A stretch of DNA of 48,707 nucleotides from Candidatus Woesearchaeota archaeon (lineage in GTDB: Archaea; Nanobdellota; Nanobdellia; Woesearchaeales; JASKKU01), in NCBI GenBank assembly GCA_030154045.1, contig JASKKU010000003.1, positions 1 through 48,707 on the forward strand, in the 5' to 3' direction. Positions 18,795 through 28,054 of this stretch are shown here, piece after piece; the stretch's first letter is position 1, and the number at the start of each line of letters is the position of its first letter. Below the pieces are notes generated by a model, which was not told the DNA's origin, did not search any database, and saw only the letters and a program-made list of their open reading frames with translations. The position numbers were made by a program, and so were the translations under genes.

Positions 18795-19625
18795 GTGATT
18801 CTTTTGAAAAAAAGCAAAGAGTCCGAAAAGAATATGGATGAAGAACTTGATGAAAAGTCAAAAAAAATAAGAGATAATGATAAAAAAGAAAAAAACAATG
18901 ACACTATAAAAAAAGAAAACCCTGAGAATGATGCTAATAAGACAAAGGAAGGGCACAAAGAAGATAAACAAAACAATGATAAAAAAAAATCAACTAACCT
19001 TCTATTTAAAACTCTAGGATTAATAATTATTGTTGGTGTTTTTGCTCTGTTCTTTATGCTCTCACAAAGTCATAATCAACCTCAAGTCCAGATAAATCAG
19101 ACATTTCACCCTGAAAGTTATAGATATAATGGCTTCCTGTTCCAAAAAGGTATGTATGCCTGGTATAGCAAAATAAAGGTTGGTGATTTTATATATGATG
19201 TCTCTTTCGTTTATGGACCGAAAGAAGTTGAGAACATTCCTGTTTTTGGCAAAGTTAATGATTTAATCCTAAAAGCTAATAAGCTTTACATAACAACAGA
19301 ACCAGATTATCCTTCAAGAGTTGGAAAAGCCCAAGTTGAGATTTCAAAAATAACGAGCCCAAGAACAAGCAACTTTGGAATGCTTAACATACCTACAATA
19401 AATACAGTAACTTACATTCCAGAAGAGTTAAAAAACAGGTATAATTATCCCGAGATAACTTGTAAAAACGCAACATTAAACCAAACTGTAATTTATCTAA
19501 AAATTGGTAACAAAACTCAGATTTACAATGATAGTTTCTGTGTTATTGTTGAGGGTTTAAACGATACAGAAGTTGTAAAGGCAGCAGATAGATTAGTTTA
19601 CAATTTATTGGGTATTATAAAGTAA
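18795..19625 (+). CDS. Bitopic surface protein, paralog B, with a long K/E/D/N-rich cytoplasmic N-extension
   Basis: 276 aa. It shares YRYNGFLFQ, ITCKNAT, SFCVIV and C-terminal YNLLGIIK with the upstream gene. The start is uncertain: GTG at 18795, TTG at 18804 after AAGGTG, or ATG at 18834. Confidence 0.6.
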   Translation: MILLKKSKESEKNMDEELDEKSKKIRDNDKKEKNNDTIKKENPENDANKTKEGHKEDKQNNDKKKSTNLLFKTLGLIIIVGVFALFFMLSQSHNQPQVQINQTFHPESYRYNGFLFQKGMYAWYSKIKVGDFIYDVSFVYGPKEVENIPVFGKVNDLILKANKLYITTEPDYPSRVGKAQVEISKITSPRTSNFGMLNIPTINTVTYIPEELKNRYNYPEITCKNATLNQTVIYLKIGNKTQIYNDSFCVIVEGLNDTEVVKAADRLVYNLLGIIK

Positions 19626-19655
19626 GAGATTAGAAATTAAGAATCTGTGATAAAA

Positions 19656-20855
19656 ATGCTATTATTGGGAGTTGTTGGCAAGCCTAATGTTGGAAAAAGT
19701 ACTTTCTTTAAAGCTTGCACATTAGCGAGCGCTGAAATAGGAAATTATCCATTTGTAACAATCAAGCCTAACAGAGGTATAGGTTATGTAAAGGTTAAAT
19801 GCGCAGACGAGTTCTTTGGAGTCCAATGCAACCCTAGAGAAGGTTATTGCATAAATCATAAAAGGTTTGTTCCTGTAGAGATGATTGATGTTGCAGGATT
19901 GGTCCCTGGCGCTTATGAAGGAAAAGGTATGGGCAATCAGTTTCTAGATGATTTAAGGCAAGCCGATGTGCTAATTCATATCATTGACGCATCAGGTTCA
20001 ACCAATGAAAAAGGAGAGCCTGTGGAACCCCTAAGTTATGACCCTGCTGAAGACATCAGATTTTTAGAGAGAGAATTAGACATGTGGTTTTATCAGATTT
20101 TTATGAAAGTCTGGCAAAGGTTTTCAAGACAAGTTTCCCAAGAACATCTAAATCCTGTTAAAGCAATAACTAAACAGTTTACAGGTTTAAATGCTACAGA
20201 AGATCAAGTTAAGGAATGTTTTCAAGAGCTTAACTTAAGTGAAGACTTGCAGAAATGGGATGAAAAAACATTAATGACTTTTGTATCTTTATTACGTAAA
20301 AAAACTAAACCTATAATAATTGCTGCAAATAAAATGGATATTCCCGGTGCGGAAGAAAATATCAAAAGATTGAAAGAAACATTCAAGGATTATGAAATCA
20401 TTCCTGTTTCTGCGGAAAGCGAGCTTGCCTTAAAGGAAGCAAGCCAAAAAGGTTTAATTGAATATATCCCAGGAGAAAGTGATTTCAAGATTCTGCAACC
20501 AGACAAACTTAACGATAAACAATTAAAGGCATTAGAATTCATTAAAAAGAATGTTTTGGATAAATTTGGGTCAACAGGTGTTCAAGAGGTAATTAATAAA
20601 GCTGTGTTTGATGTTGGAAACTATATCTATGTGTTTCCAGGAGGCGTCAACAAACTTACAGACCAGCACGGAAATGTTTTGCCTGATTGTTTTTTGATAC
20701 CCAAAGGAAGCACGGCTCTAGATTTTGCATATAAAATTCATAGCGATTTAGGTAACAATTTCATAAAGGCTATTGATGTAAAGAGCAAGAAAGTTGTTGG
20801 AAAAGACCATGTTTTAAACAGCGGAGATGTTATTGAAATTGTTTATAAGAAATAA
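19656..20855 (+). CDS. ychF: YchF/OLA1-type P-loop NTPase with a TGS-like C-terminus
   Basis: G1 is GVVGKPNVGKST, G3 is DVAGLV, G4 is ANKMD, and the C-terminus is GDVIEIV. ATG at 19656; the track uses GTG at 19647. Confidence 0.85.
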   Translation: MLLLGVVGKPNVGKSTFFKACTLASAEIGNYPFVTIKPNRGIGYVKVKCADEFFGVQCNPREGYCINHKRFVPVEMIDVAGLVPGAYEGKGMGNQFLDDLRQADVLIHIIDASGSTNEKGEPVEPLSYDPAEDIRFLERELDMWFYQIFMKVWQRFSRQVSQEHLNPVKAITKQFTGLNATEDQVKECFQELNLSEDLQKWDEKTLMTFVSLLRKKTKPIIIAANKMDIPGAEENIKRLKETFKDYEIIPVSAESELALKEASQKGLIEYIPGESDFKILQPDKLNDKQLKALEFIKKNVLDKFGSTGVQEVINKAVFDVGNYIYVFPGGVNKLTDQHGNVLPDCFLIPKGSTALDFAYKIHSDLGNNFIKAIDVKSKKVVGKDHVLNSGDVIEIVYKK

Positions 20856-20954
20856 AGAAGCTGATTAATCCAATGAAAATTTGTTAATACAAAATTCTTA
20901 GTTGAACGACTAAATAATAAGATTTATAAAAATTCTAAATTAAAGTAACGAGTT

Positions 20955-22301
20955 ATGGTTGCTATAACTAAAATTTTTAAGAAGTATGATGTTAGGGGAA
21001 TATATCCTGAAGAGATTAATGGAAAGATTGCAGCTGAAATCGCAAGAGCTTTTGTAATTTTCATTAAAGAGAAGTTTAATATTGACAAGCCTGTTATAAG
21101 TGTTGGCAGGGATGGCAGAAACAGTTCTCCAGAGATTTATGATAATGTCTGTAATGCTTTGATAACCGCCGGGGCTATAGTAAAATCTTTAGGAATAGTA
21201 ACTACGCCCTTGGCGTACTTTTCGTCAGCAATTGGCAAATCTGAATTCAGTATAATGGTTACTGCATCACACAATCCAAGAATCTACAATGGTTTAAAGT
21301 TTTCTAAAGGGGTAATGCCAATCTTTTTTGAGAATGGCTTAGTTGAGATTTTAAAGATTTATCTTCAAGGTAAAAAAATACAAGGTATCGGAGACATTGA
21401 AATGACTAACATATTGACAGATTATAAGAAGTATCTAAAGAGCAAGTTTAACTTTTCTGGAAACAGGAAATTTGTGGTTGATGCAGGGAATGGTGTTGCT
21501 GGAAAGGTTTTTGAGAGCATTGCAAAAGAGTTTAACCTAAATTACATTCCTTTATTCTTTGAAATAAATGGGGATTTTCCAAACCACGAAGCAAATCCTG
21601 TGAAAGAAGAAACTTTACAAGACTTAAAGAATAAAGTGTTAGAAAGTAATGCTGATTTTGGAATTGCTTTTGATGGCGACGGAGACAGATTTGGATTGAT
21701 TGATGAAAATGGAGTTTTTAGAACTATGGACGAGATTGTTGCATTGCTAGTTGATTCTGAGTTAAACAAGAAGAAAGGGGAGGTCTTCGTTGATTTAAGG
21801 TTAAGCAAGTTATTAGATGAGATTATTGAGTCGAAAGGCGGAAAAGCAACAAGATTGCCTGTAGGAAATCCATATTATAAAAAAATGCTGTTAAATTCGG
21901 ATAATGCAATCTTAGGTGCAGAGTTCTCAGGCCATATCATGTTCAAGGAAAACTATTGCATTGATGACGCAATTTTCAATTTCTTTAAGGTCTTGGAGAT
22001 CTTTGAGAAAGATACAAGAAAGGTTTCTGAGATATTAAATCAATACAAGAAATATCCAAAAACGCCTGAACTAAACTTTACTGTTGAAGATGCAGATAAA
22101 GTTCTTGAAAGAATAAAATCTGAATTCAAGGACTACAAAATTGAGGAATTAGATGGAATCACTGTTAAAAGCGAAAACTGGTGGTTTAATGTTAGAAAAA
22201 GCAATACTGAACCTTTGGTAAGATTAAATGCTGAAGCAAACGATGAACAACAACTAAACGAAATCGTAGAGAAGATAAAAAACATAATAAGCATGAATTA
22301 A
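20955..22301 (+). CDS. Phosphohexomutase (phosphoglucosamine/phosphomanno-/phosphoglucomutase family)
   Basis: 448 aa. Active-site TASHNP, Mg site FDGDGDR, and sugar-binding GAEFSGH, in canonical order. Confidence 0.85.
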   Translation: MVAITKIFKKYDVRGIYPEEINGKIAAEIARAFVIFIKEKFNIDKPVISVGRDGRNSSPEIYDNVCNALITAGAIVKSLGIVTTPLAYFSSAIGKSEFSIMVTASHNPRIYNGLKFSKGVMPIFFENGLVEILKIYLQGKKIQGIGDIEMTNILTDYKKYLKSKFNFSGNRKFVVDAGNGVAGKVFESIAKEFNLNYIPLFFEINGDFPNHEANPVKEETLQDLKNKVLESNADFGIAFDGDGDRFGLIDENGVFRTMDEIVALLVDSELNKKKGEVFVDLRLSKLLDEIIESKGGKATRLPVGNPYYKKMLLNSDNAILGAEFSGHIMFKENYCIDDAIFNFFKVLEIFEKDTRKVSEILNQYKKYPKTPELNFTVEDADKVLERIKSEFKDYKIEELDGITVKSENWWFNVRKSNTEPLVRLNAEANDEQQLNEIVEKIKNIISMN

Positions 22302-22310
22302 TTCATTAAC

Positions 22311-22673
22311 TCACCTAAGTAATGGTTTCTCAGGCAGATAGCAACTTACCACTTTTTTAGATAAAGGGCTTTCGACTACAAACATTGTTGAATTAACATC
22401 ATTTACATCACATAACTCTTCAGAAGTTCTTGGAATCTGATTGAAATGACAAAACATATTCTGTTTAGTGTCATAAACTGAAATGTTATCTAAGTCCTGA
22501 TTTGCTTGTATGATAATATTTCCCTGCTGACAATATGCATAGAAAGGTAAAGAATATGGTTCCTCGTTTAAACTCCTAAGATAGGCATGCAATGCTATGC
22601 CTGAAAGTATCAAAGCTGAGATTCCTAAAAGGAACATTCCTATCTTGAGAAGATCTAAACTTGATTTTTTCAT
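22311..22673 (-). CDS. Small N-terminally anchored exported protein with 4 Cys, unknown function
   Basis: 120 aa. One TM or signal anchor (IGMFLLGISALILSGIAL). No recognised motifs. Confidence 0.45.
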   Translation of the reverse strand: MKKSSLDLLKIGMFLLGISALILSGIALHAYLRSLNEEPYSLPFYAYCQQGNIIIQANQDLDNISVYDTKQNMFCHFNQIPRTSEELCDVNDVNSTMFVVESPLSKKVVSCYLPEKPLLR

Positions 22674-22766
22674 TTTAGAAATAAATAGAAATTAGGTTTT
22701 AATATAGTTTTCGTAAAATGGTAAGTTTAGAAAAATTTAAAATGTCTTTATGCCAAAACATCAAAC

Positions 22767-23138
22767 ATGGATAATCAAGAACTTGTCAATTATATACAAA
22801 AAAGATTGTTAGAAAAAGAGGACGAGATTAAGATTGAAAAAGACCTTGAAAAGGTTGGTTGGGATTATGCTGATATCGTTGAAGCTTTAACCATTGCAAA
22901 GAAAAAGATTAAGTTTAGGAAGCTTTTGATGAAGTATATTATCTCTATAATTATTGTAATTTCGCTGTTTGTTGCTTTACATTTTATAACTGAATTTTCT
23001 CAAAGTCAAAGCGTTAATTTCAAAACCTCTGAAACAATTAGCATAATGAATTCAACAACTAAAGGCGTTGGAGTAAAAATTAATATTTTAAGCCCTCAGA
23101 GAATCATCTTTAATACTGAAAAAAGCTTGTCGCTCTAA
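22767..23138 (+). CDS. Small bitopic membrane protein, unknown function
   Basis: 123 aa. Helical N-domain (…LEKVGWDYADIVEAL…), one TM, and a short ectodomain. Confidence 0.45.
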   Translation: MDNQELVNYIQKRLLEKEDEIKIEKDLEKVGWDYADIVEALTIAKKKIKFRKLLMKYIISIIIVISLFVALHFITEFSQSQSVNFKTSETISIMNSTTKGVGVKINILSPQRIIFNTEKSLSL

Positions 23139-23141
23139 CTT

Positions 23142-23678
23142 TTATTCATATCTTGTTATGAAATAGCCAGTTTCTGTAATATATATTGGACTATCTTCAG
23201 GAGAATACACAAACTTAAAAGAAAGGTTTGTTTTTTCTCCAATAGTTCCATAAGGCACTTTGCATATTACTTCCTTTTCTGTTCCACTCTTCCATCTAGA
23301 AATGGGTTCACAACTAAAATTCTCACCTTGTGAATTGAATAAAAATAGGTTGGCAGATGATAAATTCAGAGATGGATTAATAAGTTTAAGTTTTAATGTG
23401 CCGTTTGAATAAACAGTTAAATCTTTGCATTCTAAAGTTCCGAACCAATCACATTTTTCTGTGAAGAAATTCACTAATGAAACTCCTGTTCTCTTGATTT
23501 CAGGATTTCTTGATAAAAAAATAATTAAAACCAACAGAATAATTGAAATTATAAAGCTAACCCATTTTTTAGAACTTCTTGAGGTTGTATTAGGTCCTTT
23601 GCTTTTTGAAGAGGTTGATTTTGATGAAGACTTGCGTCCGCTTTTTTTGTTTGATTTTTTTGACTTAGTTTTGGTCAT
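23142..23678 (-). CDS. Bitopic protein with a K/S-rich basic cytoplasmic tail and a beta-rich Cys-containing ectodomain
   Basis: 178 aa. Residues 1-38 are almost only K/S/T/R, followed by the TM WVSFIISIILLVLIIFL. It lies 66 nt downstream of the HerA-like gene on the same strand. Confidence 0.5.
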   Translation of the reverse strand: MTKTKSKKSNKKSGRKSSSKSTSSKSKGPNTTSRSSKKWVSFIISIILLVLIIFLSRNPEIKRTGVSLVNFFTEKCDWFGTLECKDLTVYSNGTLKLKLINPSLNLSSANLFLFNSQGENFSCEPISRWKSGTEKEVICKVPYGTIGEKTNLSFKFVYSPEDSPIYITETGYFITRYE

Positions 23679-23744
23679 AGTTCAAAAACAGGTTTTTTTG
23701 TTTTATAAAATTTTTCCAACTTTAACATAAAAAAGATAATTTAA

Positions 23745-25511
23745 TCAATTCTCAGGAGCATAGAGCACAAAGAAACAATGTCTTTTTGACACAACCTTAA
23801 ACAACTTATCAACCTTTGAAACAACTTCGTTTTCTGAGATTTTTGGCTCGAGTTTTTTGTCAAACTTATAATCTTGCACAAACTCTATTTTATAGAAGCT
23901 CTCCATTTCAGCAGGCTCTCTTGGAATTTCTTTAAGATAGGTTCTTTTATCAATGTCTTTAATAACAAAACCATTAATCAAATCAAATAGAACCTTAAAT
24001 TTCTTGTTGCCTGATTCAAGAGTTAGATAAACTGCAGGAACCAGGACTTCCTTAAGCTTCTTGTTAGTGATTATTTCTAAATCTTTCTTTGGTATTCTTG
24101 GCTTGATCAAAGGAAGAGCATCAGGTTTATCGATAATTTTTTCATTAGACTCATCAAAATTAAAAGCGTCTCCGCCATGCTTAGTTTGTCTTGGCCTTAT
24201 TTTAACAAACAAAGGTCTGTCTAAGACCCCTGAAACAATTGCTGTGCCTATCGGCAAGTTCCTAATCTCTTTTTCACTTTCAGAGGTTAAACCTTCTACT
24301 GAATTTGAGATAGCCTTTAAATCGTTTGGATTTGTTGTTTTTAGAATTATCTGAGTAGAACATTGGGACAAAACATTTTTGTCTACTCTTGCAGGCCTTT
24401 GAGAGACTATTGCTAGGCCAAGCCCAAACTTCCTGCCTTCTGATGCAATAGTTCTTATAATCTGTGAAGACTTAGCTTCGCCAAAACTACGTTCCGGGCA
24501 AAAGTTGTGAGCTTCCTCAATAATACAAAAAAATGGTGGCACCTCATTTCGTTTCCTTAATAAAAACAAATCAGACAAAATTTTGTGCACTATTAAAGTC
24601 TGTACATCCCAAGAGTATCCTTTAAGATTAATTATACTGCAAACACCTTTTTTAATCAACTCACTATAAATTATCCCTTGGCTGTCAAACAAACCTGTGT
24701 TCTTAAGATACTTGAGTTGGGCAATCAAATTAATCTTTGCTGAGCTATTTTCAGTTTCCAAAGCAAGAATAATATCATCAATCGTTGGCTCCTCTAAAGT
24801 TCTCAGAACATTGTAAAGCATAACCTGTTGTGAAGAGTTAAGTTTTGCAGGAAAAAGGTTAACGAACTCTTCGGGGGTCAGATTTTCCTTAAGTCGTAAA
24901 GGGGCACAGTTAGGATTAACTTGAGGGTCTCCATATTCAACAACTTTGTCAGAAAAACCGATTGGTTTAAAACCTATTTTCTTAAGTTCCTCTTCAGAAT
25001 CATAGTTTGGAAATCTTAAAGAAGAATATTCACCATGAGGGTCTATGATTAATAAAGGGATATCTTTCTTAAGAATCTCTTCGGTAATTACACCCATAGC
25101 ATAAGATTTACCTGAACCTGACTTTGCAATCACAGCAAGATGTTTTGTTAATAACTTGTTAGTATCAAGATAAACAGGGATTCGTTTTCCTTCAAGAAAT
25201 CCAATAAACAATCCATTTTTTTGGATTTCAATAACCTCTTTGATGAAATCATCAGATGCTACCAATACTTCAGTGCCTGGTTTGAAAGGTTCCCTAGGAA
25301 GTTTAATTAAACCATCACTATCCTTAAATCCTAAAACAATGCAGTCTGCAACCTTTTTCTCATCATCTCTGCTAAGCTCAACAACTTGACATAAACAATA
25401 ATGACCGTTCTCATTATAAACCTGAACATAATCAAACTTCTTGATTTTGCCAGTAACAAGAAACTTAAACTCTTTAGTATTCGCAGTCCCAATAATTTTA
25501 CCAACGATCAT
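23745..25511 (-). CDS. HerA/FtsK-superfamily (DUF87-type) ATPase with an N-terminal barrel and a roughly 140-aa C-terminal extension
   Basis: 588 aa. Walker A is AKSGSGKS and Walker B is FCIIEEAHNF. N-terminal MIVGKIIGTANTKEFKFLV...YVQV resembles the HerA HAS-barrel. No NurA, Mre11 or Rad50 gene is nearby. Confidence 0.8.
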   Translation of the reverse strand: MIVGKIIGTANTKEFKFLVTGKIKKFDYVQVYNENGHYCLCQVVELSRDDEKKVADCIVLGFKDSDGLIKLPREPFKPGTEVLVASDDFIKEVIEIQKNGLFIGFLEGKRIPVYLDTNKLLTKHLAVIAKSGSGKSYAMGVITEEILKKDIPLLIIDPHGEYSSLRFPNYDSEEELKKIGFKPIGFSDKVVEYGDPQVNPNCAPLRLKENLTPEEFVNLFPAKLNSSQQVMLYNVLRTLEEPTIDDIILALETENSSAKINLIAQLKYLKNTGLFDSQGIIYSELIKKGVCSIINLKGYSWDVQTLIVHKILSDLFLLRKRNEVPPFFCIIEEAHNFCPERSFGEAKSSQIIRTIASEGRKFGLGLAIVSQRPARVDKNVLSQCSTQIILKTTNPNDLKAISNSVEGLTSESEKEIRNLPIGTAIVSGVLDRPLFVKIRPRQTKHGGDAFNFDESNEKIIDKPDALPLIKPRIPKKDLEIITNKKLKEVLVPAVYLTLESGNKKFKVLFDLINGFVIKDIDKRTYLKEIPREPAEMESFYKIEFVQDYKFDKKLEPKISENEVVSKVDKLFKVVSKRHCFFVLYAPEN

Positions 25512-25535
25512 CTTAAGTTTTTCAGAAACTAAAGT

Positions 25536-25955
25536 TTAGTATTTTTTAAATATATTTATTCCTGAAAATATAAACACAATAAAAACTAAAAGCAGGTTAA
25601 GTATAGCGTCAACTATCAACAAGTTAAAAGACATCATAAAAACAACTATGTTCAAAAGAGCTAGCGAGAATAAAAATAGCCTGTTAAATAAAGAAACCTC
25701 AGCTGGTGCTTTTTCATGGATTAAAACAGATTTAAGCAAACAGAGATATATTAAATACATCAGAGGATTTAGATAGGTTATCCAGAGAGAATTAAACAAG
25801 TTGTTTATGCTGATAGTTAAGCCAAGATAAAGAAAATTCAAAAACATAATGAAAAGAAGTATCATCGCTAAATGAACTTCAAATAATGCGTTATATTTTA
25901 CTTTGTTTTTTGATAACTTTGTTTTGCCCATTTTATTCATGCTTTTTTGGATCAA
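25536..25955 (-). CDS. Small polytopic (about 4 TM) membrane protein, unknown family
   Basis: 139 aa. Basic N-terminus, then four hydrophobic spans. Alternative ATGs at 25940 and 25931 would reduce or remove the overlap with minD. It ends 25 nt upstream of the HerA-like gene. Confidence 0.55.
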   Translation of the reverse strand: MIQKSMNKMGKTKLSKNKVKYNALFEVHLAMILLFIMFLNFLYLGLTISINNLFNSLWITYLNPLMYLIYLCLLKSVLIHEKAPAEVSLFNRLFLFSLALLNIVVFMMSFNLLIVDAILNLLLVFIVFIFSGINIFKKY

Positions 25956-26724
25956 GCCCTAACTTTGAATAAACTTCATCTAAACTTTTTTTGGCATGCT
26001 TATCCAACATTTCTTCATACTTAGAACCCATTAAGAATTGAGCGATCTTAAAAAAATTCTGTGAGAGCTTGTGGTTTCTATAAAGATAAACTAAAGGATG
26101 TTTAACCAACTCCGATTTTTGTATCTTATTATTAAATGCGATCTCACCTAAAACTTTATAATTAGTTATATTCTCAATTGCTTTAATTGAGATTTCTGTA
26201 TTCAATAAACCAACCTTGTTCAAGATTATGCCTACAATGTCAGTATTTTTTTCCTCAGCAAACTTGAGGACTCTAAAAGTATGCGTTAATGAACTTATTG
26301 TAGGTTCAGAAACTCCTATTGCGAATTGTGAACAAAATATAGCCTTTTGAGTATCCTCTGATAAGGAAGGGGATGTGTCGATAAAAATGTAATCAAAGTA
26401 GTTACTTAAAGAATCAATCAACGAATCAAGCCTTGAAACCAAGTCTTTATTAGGAACTTCTTCGCCGGAATTAAAGATAAGCTTTAAACCGCTTGGATGA
26501 GCGTAAACAATATCTTTTTCTAAACTCAATCCCTTTAAGTAATGGTTTAAATGAAACTCAGGATTAATCTCGCCCAGCATCAAATTTAAAGAAGGGGATG
26601 TAAGATTAAAATCTATTAACAAAACCCTACTATTCAAACTTGCTAAAGCAGTCGCTAGGTTTAAAGAGATTATACTTTTGCCTACTCCTCCTTTTCCTGA
26701 CAAAACAGAAATTACATTACTCAT
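25933..26724 (-). CDS. minD: MinD/ParA-family P-loop ATPase (archaeal MinD-like)
   Basis: 263 aa. Deviant Walker A is SGKGGVGKS, and Walker B-like is YIFIDTSP. The ATG overlaps the upstream stop (ATGA). Confidence 0.85.
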   Translation of the reverse strand: MSNVISVLSGKGGVGKSIISLNLATALASLNSRVLLIDFNLTSPSLNLMLGEINPEFHLNHYLKGLSLEKDIVYAHPSGLKLIFNSGEEVPNKDLVSRLDSLIDSLSNYFDYIFIDTSPSLSEDTQKAIFCSQFAIGVSEPTISSLTHTFRVLKFAEEKNTDIVGIILNKVGLLNTEISIKAIENITNYKVLGEIAFNNKIQKSELVKHPLVYLYRNHKLSQNFFKIAQFLMGSKYEEMLDKHAKKSLDEVYSKLGLDPKKHE

Positions 26725-27182
26725 TCTAGACCAAAGTACGCAGATTTAAGATAAGAAACAAAGTCTCTCAATTGCTTGTATTGTTCAGTTACTGAATCAA
26801 TAGTTATTTCCTCTAAACCTGAGTCTTCAAGATAAGTGCTCATCTTTAACTGTCTCCTAAACTCATTTTCTGCTTTAAACTCTGCTCGATTGAGCTTTCT
26901 TATCTTTTTATATAATTGAATCATTTCTTTGATTCTATCATCGTTAGAATACAGCTTTTCAACTAGAGCAACCATCTGTAGAGGTTGCATAGGGTAATCT
27001 TCAATCTTCCCTTGCTTTTTTGCCAATTCTAATAGAGCTATCCAAATCTTGTCTAAAAGAATACTGACCCTGTTAATAATGTTCTTTAGAATATCTGAGG
27101 TTCTAGTATACTTTAGGCTTACATACACGAGATGTTCTACTCGGTAAAGTTCTCTAATGGTATCTGCAATATATTGCCTCAT
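26721..27182 (-). CDS. Hypothetical all-helical protein, paralog 2 of the upstream gene
   Basis: 153 aa. N-terminal VEHLVYVS...ALL aligns with ADHILYVS...ALL of the 159-aa neighbour. ATGA overlaps occur at both ends. Confidence 0.6.
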   Translation of the reverse strand: MRQYIADTIRELYRVEHLVYVSLKYTRTSDILKNIINRVSILLDKIWIALLELAKKQGKIEDYPMQPLQMVALVEKLYSNDDRIKEMIQLYKKIRKLNRAEFKAENEFRRQLKMSTYLEDSGLEEITIDSVTEQYKQLRDFVSYLKSAYFGLE

Positions 27183-27658
27183 TTTCTCATCACTATTTGT
27201 TCGATTTTTCTGATAAAATTTTTTGTAAAAGTTAAATATTCTTTTACTTTATTTAAAGTTAAGGTTTTAACTCGATAATCTGAAAGGAATATCATAAACT
27301 TATCATCTTTTCTTAATTCCAATGTTGTTTTATTATGCCAGTCCAAAATCTCGCGCAACTCTGAAAAGATCAATAAAAAATTTCTATCAATATGATACCT
27401 TGCACTAACTTGCGTTTTAAACATATAAAACTTTGAATCAAAACTATTCCCGTAATATGGAATTCGTTTATAAAAATATTCAAACTCTAAAAGTGCTTCC
27501 ATTGCTGCCTCTAAGCACTTATACAAACTTTCTACTGCGCTAAGCAAAAGTTTAGGCTCTTTTATGAGAGGATAACTAACATAAAGTATATGGTCTGCTG
27601 TCTCTAATGATTTCTTTGCTAAGTCTAATTTTTCAATATAACCTAGTTTGGCTTTCAT
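27179..27658 (-). CDS. Hypothetical all-helical protein, paralog 1 (contains an Rx5H motif, LREILDWH)
   Basis: 159 aa. It is the first gene of the coupled module. No family was recognised by eye. Confidence 0.6.
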   Translation of the reverse strand: MKAKLGYIEKLDLAKKSLETADHILYVSYPLIKEPKLLLSAVESLYKCLEAAMEALLEFEYFYKRIPYYGNSFDSKFYMFKTQVSARYHIDRNFLLIFSELREILDWHNKTTLELRKDDKFMIFLSDYRVKTLTLNKVKEYLTFTKNFIRKIEQIVMRK

Positions 27659-27708
27659 AGATTTGGATAAATTTAAACCTGTATTTTAGAGGTTAAAAAC
27701 TTTTTAAA

Positions 27709-28053
27709 TTATTCTTCTTTTTTAAGTTTTAAAATGGCTTGAGCCAAATCACCCTTTGATTCAAGAATGGCTTTCTTGGCTTCCTCTTCTGAACAATTGG
27801 TTTGGTTCATAACTAGCTCAATATCCTCCTGAGAAATTTCAGGAGTTGTTTCTTCCAATTCTTCCACTGCTTCCCCAGTCACTTGATAAGTCTTTTGACC
27901 CATCATATTAACTATAACCACAGAAGGGTCATTTATGATTAATTTCTTACCTTCAAGCACAAATATAACTTGCTTACAATCTAGTGGCTGCTGCTGAATA
28001 CCCATACGTTTCATCATCTGCTGGACAGCCCTAGAATTCAAATTCGGCATCAT
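27709..28053 (-). CDS. nac: Nascent polypeptide-associated complex protein (NAC plus UBA-like C-terminus)
   Basis: 114 aa. QQMMKRMGIQ start region, a NAC beta-barrel segment, and a C-terminal EEEAKKAILESKGDLAQAILKL UBA-like helix bundle. Confidence 0.85.
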   Translation of the reverse strand: MMPNLNSRAVQQMMKRMGIQQQPLDCKQVIFVLEGKKLIINDPSVVIVNMMGQKTYQVTGEAVEELEETTPEISQEDIELVMNQTNCSEEEAKKAILESKGDLAQAILKLKKEE

Positions 28054-28054
28054 C

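Noticed and set aside
18830-18990. Apparent repeat array in DNA (AAAAA/GAA-rich)
   Set aside because: It is low-complexity coding sequence for a K/E/D/N-rich protein segment. It has no defined repeat unit or spacer structure, so it is not a CRISPR or tandem repeat.
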